A stretch of 64,000 nucleotides of DNA from Candidatus Omnitrophica bacterium UBA6249 (GCA_002441305.1 DJVT01000009.1:178766-242765), one strand, 5' to 3'; shown: positions 45,225 through 54,545, counted from the first letter of the stretch. Numbers and translations are program-made. The notes: a model not told the origin generated them from the letters alone.

Positions 45225-45710
45225 ATGAAAATAGGGGTTATTTCCGATACGCATATCGCCAATAAGGCAGAGCATATACCGCGGATCATACTCGATGTGT
45301 TTAAGCAGATGGATATGGTTATGCACGCCGGGGATATGGTGGATTTGAAAGTGGTCGACGAGCTGCGTTCAGCCTGCCCGAAGGTGGTAGCGGTGGCCGG
45401 GAATATGGACCATGATGCGGTAAAGAAGAAGTATCCGGTCAAACAGATTATCGAGGTTTCCGGGCACAAGATCGGGCTTATGCACGGCCACGGGGCCCCT
45501 TTGAACCTGGTAGGGTTGCTCAAGGATTCTTTTAAGGATGATAAGCCGGACGTGGTTGTCTTCGGGCATTCCCATAAATCGATGAACGAGTTTATTGAGG
45601 GGGTGCTCTTTTTCAATCCCGGGAGCGCAACGGATTTTACTGCGGAATATAATTCTTACGGGATAATCGAAATAAACGGCGGGGTTAACGCAAGGGTAAT
45701 AAAGATTTGA
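45225..45710 (+). CDS. YfcE/MJ0936-family metallophosphoesterase
   Basis: MKIGVISDTHI...HAGD...GNMD...HGH...GHSH is the calcineurin-like motif series; 161 aa. Confidence 0.85.
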   Translation: MKIGVISDTHIANKAEHIPRIILDVFKQMDMVMHAGDMVDLKVVDELRSACPKVVAVAGNMDHDAVKKKYPVKQIIEVSGHKIGLMHGHGAPLNLVGLLKDSFKDDKPDVVVFGHSHKSMNEFIEGVLFFNPGSATDFTAEYNSYGIIEINGGVNARVIKI

Positions 45711-45711
45711 T

Positions 45712-46200
45712 ATGCAAAGATTATGGGCTCCCTGGAGGAATAAATATATAGTTTCCGCGCGCAAAAGCAGGGGGTGCGTCCTTTGCCGCGCCGTATCCGG
45801 CAGGCGTATCCCCGGAGAGCATTTGATTTTCAAAAGCGCTTTAAGCGCGGTTGTCCTGAACATATACCCGTATAATAACGGTCACCTGCTGGTTTTTCCT
45901 TTGAGGCACGTGAACGATACGGCCCGTTTGCGCGAGGAGGAATTCGTTGATTTGTTCGAATGTCTGAACAGGGCGAAGGGGCTGTTAGATAAAGTCCTGT
46001 GCCCGGATGGTTACAATATAGGTTTTAACCTGGGGCGCGTCGCCGGAGCCGGGATTACCGGGCATTTGCACATGCATATAGTTCCGCGCTGGAACGGCGA
46101 TGTGAATTTTATGCCGGTTGTATCCGATACAAAGATAGTATCCCAATCACTCGCCGAACTTGCTAAATTACTGAAAGATGCCTGCAGACGACATGAATGA
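45712..46200 (+). CDS. HIT-family nucleotide hydrolase/transferase (Ap4A phosphorylase-like)
   Basis: LWAPWRNKYI N-terminus and the histidine triad GHLHMHIVPRW. Confidence 0.85.
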   Translation: MQRLWAPWRNKYIVSARKSRGCVLCRAVSGRRIPGEHLIFKSALSAVVLNIYPYNNGHLLVFPLRHVNDTARLREEEFVDLFECLNRAKGLLDKVLCPDGYNIGFNLGRVAGAGITGHLHMHIVPRWNGDVNFMPVVSDTKIVSQSLAELAKLLKDACRRHE

Positions 46201-47329
46201 CTTTGAAGAGGAATTTCTTGCCCTTTATGCGGCAAAAAGCCGCAATTCCCTGGGGAGAAAATACAAGGAGCAGGAGCATCCTTACCGTTCCTGCTACCAA
46301 AGAGACCGCGACAGGATAATCCACTCGGCGGCCTTCAGGAGACTTGAGTATAAGACCCAGGTCTTCGTTAACCATGAAGGGGACTATTACCGTACTCGTC
46401 TGACCCACAGCATAGAAGTATCCCAGATCGCCCGTACTATTGCCTGGGCCTTGCGCCTGAATACGGATTTGACCGAGGCGATCTCCCTGGCGCATGACCT
46501 GGGGCATACTCCTTTTGGGCATTCCGGGGAGGAGGCCTTGAACGACTTGATGTCGGATTGCGGAGGTTTCAACCATAATCTCCAGGGCCTGCGGGTCGTG
46601 GATTACCTGGAGGAGAGATACCCGGAGTTTAAGGGGTTGAACCTCAGCTGGGAGGTGAGAGAAGGTATAATAAAACACTCTTCTGTATTTGACATAGCGG
46701 TCAAACTGAAGGAATTTTTCCCGGGCAAAATGCCTTCTTTGGAGACCCAGCTGGTTGACGCGGCGGATGAGATAGCTTACGATAACCATGACCTGGATGA
46801 TGGTTTGACTTCGGGCCTGATAAAGGAAGGCGATCTTGACGGCCTTGAAATCTGGGACAAAATAAATCGCAAAATCAACCAGAAGTATGCTAAAATTGAT
46901 TGGAGCAGGAGGAAATACCTGGTTATCCGCGCCTTGATCGATCTCCAGGTTACCGACCTGATTTGCAATACTAAGGAAAGGATCTGTCGTAGTAAGATAA
47001 AGGATTATGCGGATTTGCGCAAGATTGACCGTAAAATGGTTGATTTCAGCGATGAGGTCAAGGAATTGAGGAAGCCTCTCAGGAAGTTCCTGATGCAGAG
47101 GCTGTATCACCATTACCGGGTAATGCGCATGAGTATCAAAGCCAAGCGTTTCATCAGGGAGTTATTTTCTGAATATGTCGAACGGCCGCAGCAGCTGCCT
47201 TATGACCTGCAGGACAGGATCCCCAAAGAGGGGGTAAAAAGGGTGGTCTGCGATTATATTGCCGGGATGACCGACCGTTATGCGTTAGATGAATACAAAA
47301 AATTATTCAACCCCTACGAAAAAGTATAG
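46193..47329 (+). CDS. dgt: dGTP triphosphohydrolase-like HD-domain protein
   Basis: YQRDRDRIIHSAAFRRLEYKTQVF, TRLTHSIEVSQIAR, HDLGHTPFGH and DYIAGMTDRYA. ATG 46193 overlaps the HIT gene stop. Confidence 0.9.
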   Translation: MNDFEEEFLALYAAKSRNSLGRKYKEQEHPYRSCYQRDRDRIIHSAAFRRLEYKTQVFVNHEGDYYRTRLTHSIEVSQIARTIAWALRLNTDLTEAISLAHDLGHTPFGHSGEEALNDLMSDCGGFNHNLQGLRVVDYLEERYPEFKGLNLSWEVREGIIKHSSVFDIAVKLKEFFPGKMPSLETQLVDAADEIAYDNHDLDDGLTSGLIKEGDLDGLEIWDKINRKINQKYAKIDWSRRKYLVIRALIDLQVTDLICNTKERICRSKIKDYADLRKIDRKMVDFSDEVKELRKPLRKFLMQRLYHHYRVMRMSIKAKRFIRELFSEYVERPQQLPYDLQDRIPKEGVKRVVCDYIAGMTDRYALDEYKKLFNPYEKV

Positions 47330-48362
47330 GTTTTTGGTATCTGCGGTTCATAGCATCTATCGGTTGCTGAATTCAACTTATGACCTCAGGGAGCTGACCT
47401 GCCGCATGGGCAGGCTGTTTTGCCAGTTTTTTAACGCGCATTACTGCCTGGTTGCGCTTTTGGATGAAAGCAAGAAGTATTCCACCGTCAAGTGCTTGAT
47501 CAAGGACAACAAGAAACTGGTCGTTGACAAGAGATGCCGGATATCCGGGAGGATGGAGGAAAGGATAATCAGCACTTCTTCGGCAGTAAGAAAGGACCGC
47601 CTGCTCGGCGTGCCTTTGATCTGTGACGATGTGGCGGGGGTGATCATTGTCCAGCGCCCCAGGAACGGCCGCCCGTTCGATAAATTCGACCAGGAGATGC
47701 TTATGAATATGGCCGAACAGGCGGTTATCGGTATCAAGAATCTCCAGCTTTATGATGAACAGCAAAAGATAGTCTTCGGCAGCATTAAATCGCTGGTGAC
47801 CTTGTTGAATACGCGAGTCCCGAGGGAATATACGCATTCCCCGAATTTCAGCAAGCTGGTTTGCGCTTTGGGCTACGAGGTGCACCTCCGGGAGAAGCAG
47901 ATCGAGAGCCTGAAGTATGCCAGCCTTCTGCATGACACGGGAAAGGTGGATATTCCCTTTGAGATATTGACCAAGACTACAAGGCTGACTTCGGAGGAGT
48001 ACGATATCATCAAGAGGCACCCGGTAAAGGGGGCCCAGATACTGCGCCCGCTGCAGATTTTGCGGCCGGTCATCCCGATCATCATGCATCACCATGAAAA
48101 ATACAACGGTACCGGTTACCCGTCACACCTTAAAGGCGAGCAGATCCCTTTATGCGCCAGGATTATGTCGGTGGCGGATGCCTTTGAGGCAATGGTTTAC
48201 GGCAGGCCGTACCGGCAGAGGATGGATATAGATTCCGCCGTCAAGGAGATAAAAAAGAAGAGCGGCACTCAATTCGACCCGAAGATAGTAGATGCGTTCC
48301 TGAGGGTGATCAAAAGGTTCAATAAGCGGATTTATCTCCAGCAGGATAAGGTTCAACTTTAA
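47289..48362 (+). CDS. GAF domain / HD-GYP domain protein (second paralog)
   Basis: 357 aa with LLHDTGKVDIP and HHEKYNGTGYPSHL. Domain order matches 12166-13332. Start is uncertain: ATG 47289 overlaps dgt by 41 nt, and TTG 47334 is the alternative. Confidence 0.8.
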   Translation: MNTKNYSTPTKKYRFLVSAVHSIYRLLNSTYDLRELTCRMGRLFCQFFNAHYCLVALLDESKKYSTVKCLIKDNKKLVVDKRCRISGRMEERIISTSSAVRKDRLLGVPLICDDVAGVIIVQRPRNGRPFDKFDQEMLMNMAEQAVIGIKNLQLYDEQQKIVFGSIKSLVTLLNTRVPREYTHSPNFSKLVCALGYEVHLREKQIESLKYASLLHDTGKVDIPFEILTKTTRLTSEEYDIIKRHPVKGAQILRPLQILRPVIPIIMHHHEKYNGTGYPSHLKGEQIPLCARIMSVADAFEAMVYGRPYRQRMDIDSAVKEIKKKSGTQFDPKIVDAFLRVIKRFNKRIYLQQDKVQL

Positions 48363-48366
48363 GATT

Positions 48367-48810
48367 ATGGCGGAAAAAGAGGATTACCTGCAAAGCGAAT
48401 TGTTTTCCCAGGATACGGGCGCCAGGCAATACAGGCCCAGGTCCGCAGGAGCGGGTTCTTTATTTACCCGTATCCGCGGGCACGAAAAAGTCCTGCTTTC
48501 GGCAATGGCCCTTGTGCTCCTGAGCATACTTTCTTTTTCCCTGGGAGTGGAAAGAGGGAAACGCCTTGCCTCCACCAGGGCCGTGCAGGAACAGCCCGGT
48601 TATACGATCCAGGTTGCCGCCTTCAGAAACAAAGGGCTTGCTTTGCGCCATGCCCGGGCATTGGACAAGAGCGGTATCTCCCCTCTGATTTTTGCCAAAG
48701 GGGATTATATTATTTTGTGCGTAGGTAAATTTTCCAATCAAGAAAGCGCGCAGCCTTTGCTGAACCAATTGCAGAAAACCTACGCAAGCTGCCGCATAAG
48801 GAGGTTATAA
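48367..48810 (+). CDS. SPOR domain (peptidoglycan-binding) membrane protein
   Basis: 147 aa with one TM helix (VLLSAMALVLLSILSF). The C-terminal YTIQVAAFRNKGLALRHARAL...ILCVGKFSNQESAQ is SPOR-like. Confidence 0.75.
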   Translation: MAEKEDYLQSELFSQDTGARQYRPRSAGAGSLFTRIRGHEKVLLSAMALVLLSILSFSLGVERGKRLASTRAVQEQPGYTIQVAAFRNKGLALRHARALDKSGISPLIFAKGDYIILCVGKFSNQESAQPLLNQLQKTYASCRIRRL

Positions 48811-48812
48811 AA

Positions 48813-49052
48813 ATGTCGATACACCCGTCGTTAGTAGTTTCGGAGAAAGACAAGCTGTCGCGTTCAGTGTTGAAGAGGACCGAACGCATAAGGCAGATGC
48901 ATGAGAAAAATAAGTGGAAGGAAGGCGATGCGGTGTACGGCCTGCCGAAAATCAAGACACTTAAGATCAAGATAAAGAAGGAAAAAGCCGTAAAGGCAGA
49001 CGGCGCAGCGGCTCCCGCTAAAGACGCCGCCAAGGGCGCGGAAAAGAAATAA
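48813..49052 (+). CDS. small basic protein (resembles the TIGR04137-type small basic protein family)
   Basis: 79 aa. HPSL...SVLKRTERI...KWKEGDAVYGLPKIK followed by a K/A-rich tail. Family assignment is from memory only. Confidence 0.5.
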   Translation: MSIHPSLVVSEKDKLSRSVLKRTERIRQMHEKNKWKEGDAVYGLPKIKTLKIKIKKEKAVKADGAAAPAKDAAKGAEKK

Positions 49053-49852
49053 TGCAAAAGGCGCCTTGCGTTAAATCCCGGCTGTTTTTCTCCGCAATCT
49101 TCCTGGCGGGGGTTTTTTTCCTTGCGGGAACGGCCCTGGCGGAGGATTTCACGGTGTTTACCGGCCAGATCAACGCGGAGAGGGTGAATGTAAGGGCAGA
49201 CGCTACCGTAGGTTCTCCCGTAGCCTGCGTGCTCGATAAAGGCGATTTGGTAGAGGTGCTTTCGGAGGCTCATGGCTGGTATAAAATCCGCATGCCCAAG
49301 AAGGCCGATTCCTACATAAAAAAAGAATTGGTCGAGTGCATCGACAAGACCCCCGGCGAATGTTCCAGCGGTAAGGTTACGGGGAACAGGGTGAATGTGC
49401 GCGTAAGCCCCAATTTGTCCTCCTGGATAGCGGGGAAGGTCGATAAGGCTACGGCGGTAAATATCAGGGGTGAAGAAAACGGCTGGTATAAGATAGAGCC
49501 TGTCTACCAAAGCTATGCCTGGATTAACAACAGGTTTGTCGATAAGGAAATAGTCGTCTTGGAAAAGGCGGCAAACGGATGCCCTGTTTCGCCTGCGCAA
49601 GGGGCCGAGGATGCATTGTCAAAGCCTTCCCTGCCTGTTTTCGAGGGAGTAGTCATGCCTTACGGGGTGGTGCTTTGGCGCAAAGCCACCCATAAATTGA
49701 TAACCGATGACAAGAAGATTTACTTGTTGAAAGGCAACAAGAAGAATTTGAACGACCTCAATTACCGCAGGGTAAAGGTTTCCGGAAGGCCGACCGGGGA
49801 AGGGGGCAGGTATCCGGTAATCGAAGTGGATATCGTAGAGGTGTTGAATTGA
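49052..49852 (+). CDS. secreted tandem bacterial SH3 domain protein
   Basis: Signal peptide (FFSAIFLAGVFFLAGTALA). Two copies of the V-N-V-R...GWYKI pattern (SH3b). Confidence 0.7.
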   Translation: MQKAPCVKSRLFFSAIFLAGVFFLAGTALAEDFTVFTGQINAERVNVRADATVGSPVACVLDKGDLVEVLSEAHGWYKIRMPKKADSYIKKELVECIDKTPGECSSGKVTGNRVNVRVSPNLSSWIAGKVDKATAVNIRGEENGWYKIEPVYQSYAWINNRFVDKEIVVLEKAANGCPVSPAQGAEDALSKPSLPVFEGVVMPYGVVLWRKATHKLITDDKKIYLLKGNKKNLNDLNYRRVKVSGRPTGEGGRYPVIEVDIVEVLN

Positions 49853-50472
49853 ATTTTCCCTCCTTGCTCATTTCTTTTGCGGTTTCTTTTTCCCTTTTGC
49901 TTGTTTCCATGACCGTGCACGAGTTTGCCCACGGGCTGACCGCTTACAAGCTGGGTGATTCCACGGCCAGGTTTTCCGGCCGGCTTACCCTGAACCCCCT
50001 GGCGCACATAGATTTTTTCTGGACCATCCTGCTGCCGCTGGTATTATTCTTGTCCAGCTCGGGGAGTTTTGTCTTTGGGGCGGCCAAGCCTGTACCGATA
50101 AATTATTACGCCTTGAAGAATCCCAAGAGGGACATTATCTGGATCGGCTTGAGCGGCCCCGCTGCCAACATCCTGCTCGCTTTTATCGCAGCGCAGTTTT
50201 TAAAATACTTTTCTTTGCCCGGGATTACGGCCTACCTGGTTTTTAACCTTGTTTTGATCAATGTAGTGCTGGCTTTATTCAATCTGATCCCCATACCGCC
50301 GTTGGACGGTTCGCGCGTATTGATGGGGTTATTGCCGGATGAACTGTCGAGATATTATGCCGGGCTGGAACGTTATGGTTTCATAATTCTTTTTATTCTT
50401 ATCTGGCTGGGGGTATTCGACCATTTTCTCTGGCCTATGGTAGGAGCGGTGGTAAGATTACTGGGGGCATGA
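49849..50472 (+). CDS. M50-family site-2 protease-like membrane metalloprotease
   Basis: 207 aa polytopic protein with HEFAHGLTAYKLGD (HExxH) and NLIPIPPLDGSRV. TTG start overlaps the upstream stop. Confidence 0.85.
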   Translation: MNFPSLLISFAVSFSLLLVSMTVHEFAHGLTAYKLGDSTARFSGRLTLNPLAHIDFFWTILLPLVLFLSSSGSFVFGAAKPVPINYYALKNPKRDIIWIGLSGPAANILLAFIAAQFLKYFSLPGITAYLVFNLVLINVVLALFNLIPIPPLDGSRVLMGLLPDELSRYYAGLERYGFIILFILIWLGVFDHFLWPMVGAVVRLLGA

Positions 50473-51557
50473 TGGGCAGGATACGGGTCAGGCTGAAAGA
50501 GAGGTCATACGATATACTTACGGGCAGCGGGGTGCTCGGGCGTTCAGGCGCATATCTGAGCAGTCTCAATATAGGGAAGGACGCCTATATCATCACCAAC
50601 AGCCTGCTGAAAATAAAATACGGAGATATCCTGGCAGGCTCGTTATCGGCCAAGGGGTTTAACGTCCGTTTTAAGACAGTTCCCGACAGCGAAAAAAGCA
50701 AATCGCTAAAGACCGCCTGTCCATTGCTGAAGAATCTCGCCTTTTTTGACAAGAACAGGAAGGTGTTCATTGTCGCTTTCGGAGGAGGGGTAATAGGCGA
50801 CCTGGCTGGGTTTATCGCCGCGGTGTACAAGCGCGGCATTCCCTATATTCAGGTCCCTACGACTCTTCTGGCGCAGGTGGATGCTTCTATCGGAGGAAAA
50901 ACCGCGCTCGACCTGGATGCAGGGAAAAACCTGGTCGGGGCTTTTTACCAGCCTAAGATTGTCTTGAGCGATACCGGCTTACTGAAGAGCCTTGCCAGGC
51001 GCCAGATCTCTTCTGGGATGGCGGAGGTGATAAAATACGCGATAATCGGGGAAAGCGGGCTTTTCACATACCTGGAGAAGAACCGGGATGCGGTTTTTTC
51101 TTTCCGGCCTGCGGCCCTGGAGAGAATAATATCTTCCTGCGCTAAGATCAAGGCGGGAATAGTGGAGCGCGACGAAAAGGAAACTCTGGGGTTAAGGACG
51201 GTCTTGAATTTCGGTCATACCATGGGGCATGCAATTGAATCCGCCTCCGCTTACAGGACTTATAACCACGGCGAGGCTGTTGCGCTGGGGATTATAACCG
51301 CCTGTGATTTGAGCAGGAGGATGGGGCTTATCGGGGATAAGCTTTTCCTGCGCATAAGGAACCTTATCTCCGCTTATCACCTTCCCGTAAAACTGAAAGG
51401 CGTATCTTTGCATGAGGTCGTTAAGGCGCATTATCATGACAAGAAGTTTAGCGGCAAAGAGAATAAACTGGTGCTTATTCGGGGCCTGTCCAGGCCGGTA
51501 GCGGCAAAGAACGTCCCGCTTGCCTTGATAAAACAATCGCTTTCCAGTATTTTTTAG
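50469..51557 (+). CDS. aroB: 3-dehydroquinate synthase
   Basis: 362 aa with AFGGGVIGDLAGF, VPTTLLAQVDASIGGKT and LNFGHTMGHAIE. Confidence 0.95.
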   Translation: MMGRIRVRLKERSYDILTGSGVLGRSGAYLSSLNIGKDAYIITNSLLKIKYGDILAGSLSAKGFNVRFKTVPDSEKSKSLKTACPLLKNLAFFDKNRKVFIVAFGGGVIGDLAGFIAAVYKRGIPYIQVPTTLLAQVDASIGGKTALDLDAGKNLVGAFYQPKIVLSDTGLLKSLARRQISSGMAEVIKYAIIGESGLFTYLEKNRDAVFSFRPAALERIISSCAKIKAGIVERDEKETLGLRTVLNFGHTMGHAIESASAYRTYNHGEAVALGIITACDLSRRMGLIGDKLFLRIRNLISAYHLPVKLKGVSLHEVVKAHYHDKKFSGKENKLVLIRGLSRPVAAKNVPLALIKQSLSSIF

Positions 51558-51602
51558 CCTTTATTACCCGTTTCCCCCCAACCGGAAGACATCTGTAAGG
51601 TA

Positions 51603-51631
51603 TTGACATATTTGCGAATATGTGATATATT
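51603..51631 (+). promoter_or_regulatory. sigma-70-type promoter (TTGACA-N17-TATATT with TGa extended -10)
   Basis: TTGACA 51603-51608, a 17-nt spacer ending GTGA, then TATATT 51626-51631. It sits in a 125-nt gap upstream of 51683. Confidence 0.55.
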
Positions 51632-51682
51632 CACTCGTCGGTAACAGAAAATGACCTTAATTCAATGAAAGGAATGGTTTAA

Positions 51683-51865
51683 ATGGCAGGGGAAACTAAT
51701 GAGGCTAAACCTAAGGCGGAAAAACAGACAAATTGTCCGGCCTGCAATAAATTAATCAAAAAACTCAAGAGATATTACCGTGACGGTAAATTTTACTGCA
51801 CTAAAAAATGCTGGAGGGCTTTTATCGCCAAGTCCAAGGCAGAGGATTCTCAAGAGAAGGAATAA
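51683..51865 (+). CDS. small Cys4 zinc-ribbon protein (TRASH/YacG-like spacing)
   Basis: 60 aa with CPAC...(17 aa)...CTKKC and charged tails. TAATG junction with the downstream PilZ gene. Confidence 0.55.
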   Translation: MAGETNEAKPKAEKQTNCPACNKLIKKLKRYYRDGKFYCTKKCWRAFIAKSKAEDSQEKE

Positions 51866-52212
51866 TGAAGTCAGTAAAAGAACGCAGGGTTCATCCACGC
51901 CTGGAGCATAAACTTCCGTTTAGTGTTGCGGTAAACGGGTATGATTTTTCTACGATTACCCATAATATCAGCTGCGTAGGCGCTTACTGCCACCTGGATA
52001 AATATATACCGCCCTTTACCAAGATTTCCGTGAAGTTAAGCCTGCCCTGCAAGGATAAGAAAAATGATGATATGATGGTGGAGTGCAAAGGGGTGGTGGT
52101 GAGAAGCGAGGATGAGGCGGACGGTGGGTTCAATATCGCCATATTCTTCAATCAGCTGCGCGCGGAAGAGCGCAAGAAGATAGCTTCTTACATGAGCAGG
52201 TTCCTCCCCTGA
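51865..52212 (+). CDS. PilZ domain protein
   Basis: 115 aa. RRVHPR (RxxxR) and NISCVG (D/NxSxxG) are the c-di-GMP-binding motifs. Confidence 0.75.
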   Translation: MKSVKERRVHPRLEHKLPFSVAVNGYDFSTITHNISCVGAYCHLDKYIPPFTKISVKLSLPCKDKKNDDMMVECKGVVVRSEDEADGGFNIAIFFNQLRAEERKKIASYMSRFLP

Positions 52213-52233
52213 CAGCCGGGCGGGCCGGTCTAA

Positions 52234-52749
52234 TTGGTCAGAATAAAGAAGTATAATAAATACGCAAAGCTTATTTCGGGCTTCATCTATAAAGATGAGG
52301 CTGTTTTTATTGGATCCCGCGATTTATTGAAGAAGAGGTTCGGGCGGATAGATTTTCAGTCGGAGGCGCTGGATTTTACCTGTACCGGGTATTATGAAAA
52401 AGAAATGGGCGCGGGGCTGAAAAGAAGGTTTGTCTGTTTTTCGCGTCCTGTCCCCATGGAAAGCCTCTACCGCATAAAACTCTACACAAACAGGATTGAA
52501 AAGAAATTTATGGCCTCCGGGGCCAGGAAGGTGAACATTGACCCCGGATACCTCGATTCGGCGAAACTCGTTCTGGCTTCCACTAAGGATTATGCGCACA
52601 GGGTTTATCTGCGCAAGAATATATTTGCGGAGATAGCCTTGAGTTTCCGCAAGGACAGTTTTTCCCCCAATGACTGGACTTATCCGGATTACCGCAGCGA
52701 GGAATATATCGCTATTTTCAACAAAATAAGAAAATTACATACGCGCTGA
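52234..52749 (+). CDS. DUF4416-like protein
   Basis: 171 aa with YYEKEMG...NIDPGYL...KLVLASTKDYAHRVYL. Assignment is from memory. TTG start. Confidence 0.45.
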   Translation: MVRIKKYNKYAKLISGFIYKDEAVFIGSRDLLKKRFGRIDFQSEALDFTCTGYYEKEMGAGLKRRFVCFSRPVPMESLYRIKLYTNRIEKKFMASGARKVNIDPGYLDSAKLVLASTKDYAHRVYLRKNIFAEIALSFRKDSFSPNDWTYPDYRSEEYIAIFNKIRKLHTR

Positions 52750-53708
52750 TGCCCAGGCACCCACTTTATCTCGATGCCTTGTCCTGCGGAAGGCTGCAAG
52801 AGTCCGAATCGGCACTCTTTGAAAAACTGCAGTCATGCGGGATATGCCCCCGTTGCTGCGGTATAAACCGTTTGAAAGGGGAGTCCGGCTTCTGCCGTAC
52901 CGCTTTGCTCCCCAGGGTATACAGTTTTATGCAGCATTACGGAGAGGAGCCTCCGGTTTCCGGTTCGCGCGGCAGCGGGACAATTTTCTTCAGCAACTGC
53001 AATATGGGGTGCGTTTACTGCCAGAATTATGAATTCAGCCAGATGGGCAAAGGCAGGGAATACTCCTTCGATGAACTCGCCGGATTGATGCTTTCGCTGC
53101 AGGATAAAGGGTGCCATAATATTAACCTGGTGACCCCAACGCATATTATCCCGCAGATACTCAGGTCTTTGCGTATCGCCGCGGGGAAAGGCCTTAAGAT
53201 ACCCCTGGTGTATAATACCAGCGGGTACGAATCTGCAGATACGCTCAAGCTGCTTGACGGGATAGTGGACGTTTATCTTGCGGATATGCGTTATTCCGAC
53301 AGCGCAGTCTCACGCAGGCTTTCTTTATCGGAGGACTATCCTTATTGCAACCGCGAGGCGGTAAAAGAGATGCATCGCCAGGTTGGCATAGCGGAATTCG
53401 ACGGGCAGGGGATCATCCTGAAGGGGCTGATCATAAGGCACCTTGTGCTTCCTAACCGCATGTCGGGAACCGAAGAGGTTATGAGATTCATAGCGGAGGA
53501 GATATCGGAGGATACCTATGTCAGCCTGATGAGCCAGTACCTTCCTTACTATAAGGCTGCCGGTTATCCTGAGATAAAAAGGCGCCTTGAGCCCTCCGAA
53601 TATAAAGAGGCTAAGGATATACTTGAGAAGTACGGGTTGTTAAACGGATGGGTCCAGGAGTCATACGGTTCGGAACGTTTTGCGGGAGTCAATATCAAGC
53701 CGGTTTAG
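52749..53708 (+). CDS. radical SAM protein, PflX-like (pyruvate formate-lyase activase homolog)
   Basis: 319 aa with the CNMGCVYCQN CX3CX2C cluster and an N-terminal Cys-rich CGICPRCCGINR...FC segment. Its ATG overlaps the upstream TGA by 1 nt. Confidence 0.8.
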   Translation: MPRHPLYLDALSCGRLQESESALFEKLQSCGICPRCCGINRLKGESGFCRTALLPRVYSFMQHYGEEPPVSGSRGSGTIFFSNCNMGCVYCQNYEFSQMGKGREYSFDELAGLMLSLQDKGCHNINLVTPTHIIPQILRSLRIAAGKGLKIPLVYNTSGYESADTLKLLDGIVDVYLADMRYSDSAVSRRLSLSEDYPYCNREAVKEMHRQVGIAEFDGQGIILKGLIIRHLVLPNRMSGTEEVMRFIAEEISEDTYVSLMSQYLPYYKAAGYPEIKRRLEPSEYKEAKDILEKYGLLNGWVQESYGSERFAGVNIKPV

Positions 53709-53709
53709 A

Positions 53710-54168
53710 ATGAATATACCCGGAAGGACGATAAATTTCATAAAAGAAAATATTTTCCGTAAGGACGCCTCCGCGCACAAGATTTCTTTGGGAGTGGGTT
53801 TGGGGGTCTTTTCCGGGCTCCTGCCCGGGACCGGCCCTTTGGCCGCCTTATTCCTGGCTTTCCTGTTTCGGGCAAACCGTGCCGCGGCGCTGGCTGGAAG
53901 CCTTTTTACCAATACCTGGTTGAGCCTGTTGATTTTTTTCATAGCGGTTAAGACCGGATCCCTGGTTTTAAACAGGCCCTGGCAGAATGTCCTGGATAAT
54001 TTACTTGCTTTGAAAGGCAACCTTTCCCCGGGGGCAATATTTAAATTTTCTTTTCTTGATTTACTGCTGCCTTTGATTACAGGATACCTGATCGTAGGCC
54101 TGCTGCTGGGGGCAGTTTCTTACGCCCTGGCATTCATCGTGGCAAAAAGATATTTCCATAAAGTTTAG
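53710..54168 (+). CDS. DUF2062-like membrane protein
   Basis: 152 aa with GVGLGVFSGLLPGTG and a hydrophobic C-terminal half. It starts 2 nt after the radical SAM stop. Confidence 0.55.
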   Translation: MNIPGRTINFIKENIFRKDASAHKISLGVGLGVFSGLLPGTGPLAALFLAFLFRANRAAALAGSLFTNTWLSLLIFFIAVKTGSLVLNRPWQNVLDNLLALKGNLSPGAIFKFSFLDLLLPLITGYLIVGLLLGAVSYALAFIVAKRYFHKV

Positions 54169-54180
54169 CTGCTGCAAAAT

Positions 54181-54212
54181 AAAAACCCCGGCATTTTCAC
54201 GCCGGGGTTTTT
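54181..54212. terminator. bidirectional intrinsic terminator between convergent genes
   Basis: AAAAACCCCGGC 54181-54192 pairs with GCCGGGGTTTTT 54201-54212 around an 8-nt loop. The A-run and T-run let it terminate in both orientations. Confidence 0.85.
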
Positions 54213-54230
54213 ATCAGGTTCCTGTTTTGC

Positions 54231-54545
54231 TTAATCTCCGTATACGGTGGTAGTGTACTCTCCGTAAACGCCCAATATGTTCTTTGCGTCGTAATCCACG
54301 TATTTTATCGTCTTGATGTTGCCGTTAGAAGCAGCCGCTTTTATGCTGCAGTCTCCGGTTGCTACCAGACCGAGCACGGAAGTCGCTTTCGCTACCCCGG
54401 TTTTACTGTAGGACATCGCGCCTTCTCCTGCGGCTACCGGGGCTTTGACCTCGGTATAGACCATTCCCATCGGGTATGGCGTAGCGCATCCGCCGACAAG
54501 CAGGGCAAAAAGGGCGGCCATGAATAAATAACCAGTTTTTTTCAT
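54231..54545 (-). CDS. TRL-like small lipoprotein
   Basis: 104 aa with lipobox LLVGGCA. MVYTEVKAPV...ATSVLGLVATGDCSIKAAA...IKYVDY...TTVYGD matches my recollection of the TRL family. This is the only minus-strand gene. Confidence 0.7.
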   Translation of the reverse strand: MKKTGYLFMAALFALLVGGCATPYPMGMVYTEVKAPVAAGEGAMSYSKTGVAKATSVLGLVATGDCSIKAAASNGNIKTIKYVDYDAKNILGVYGEYTTTVYGD

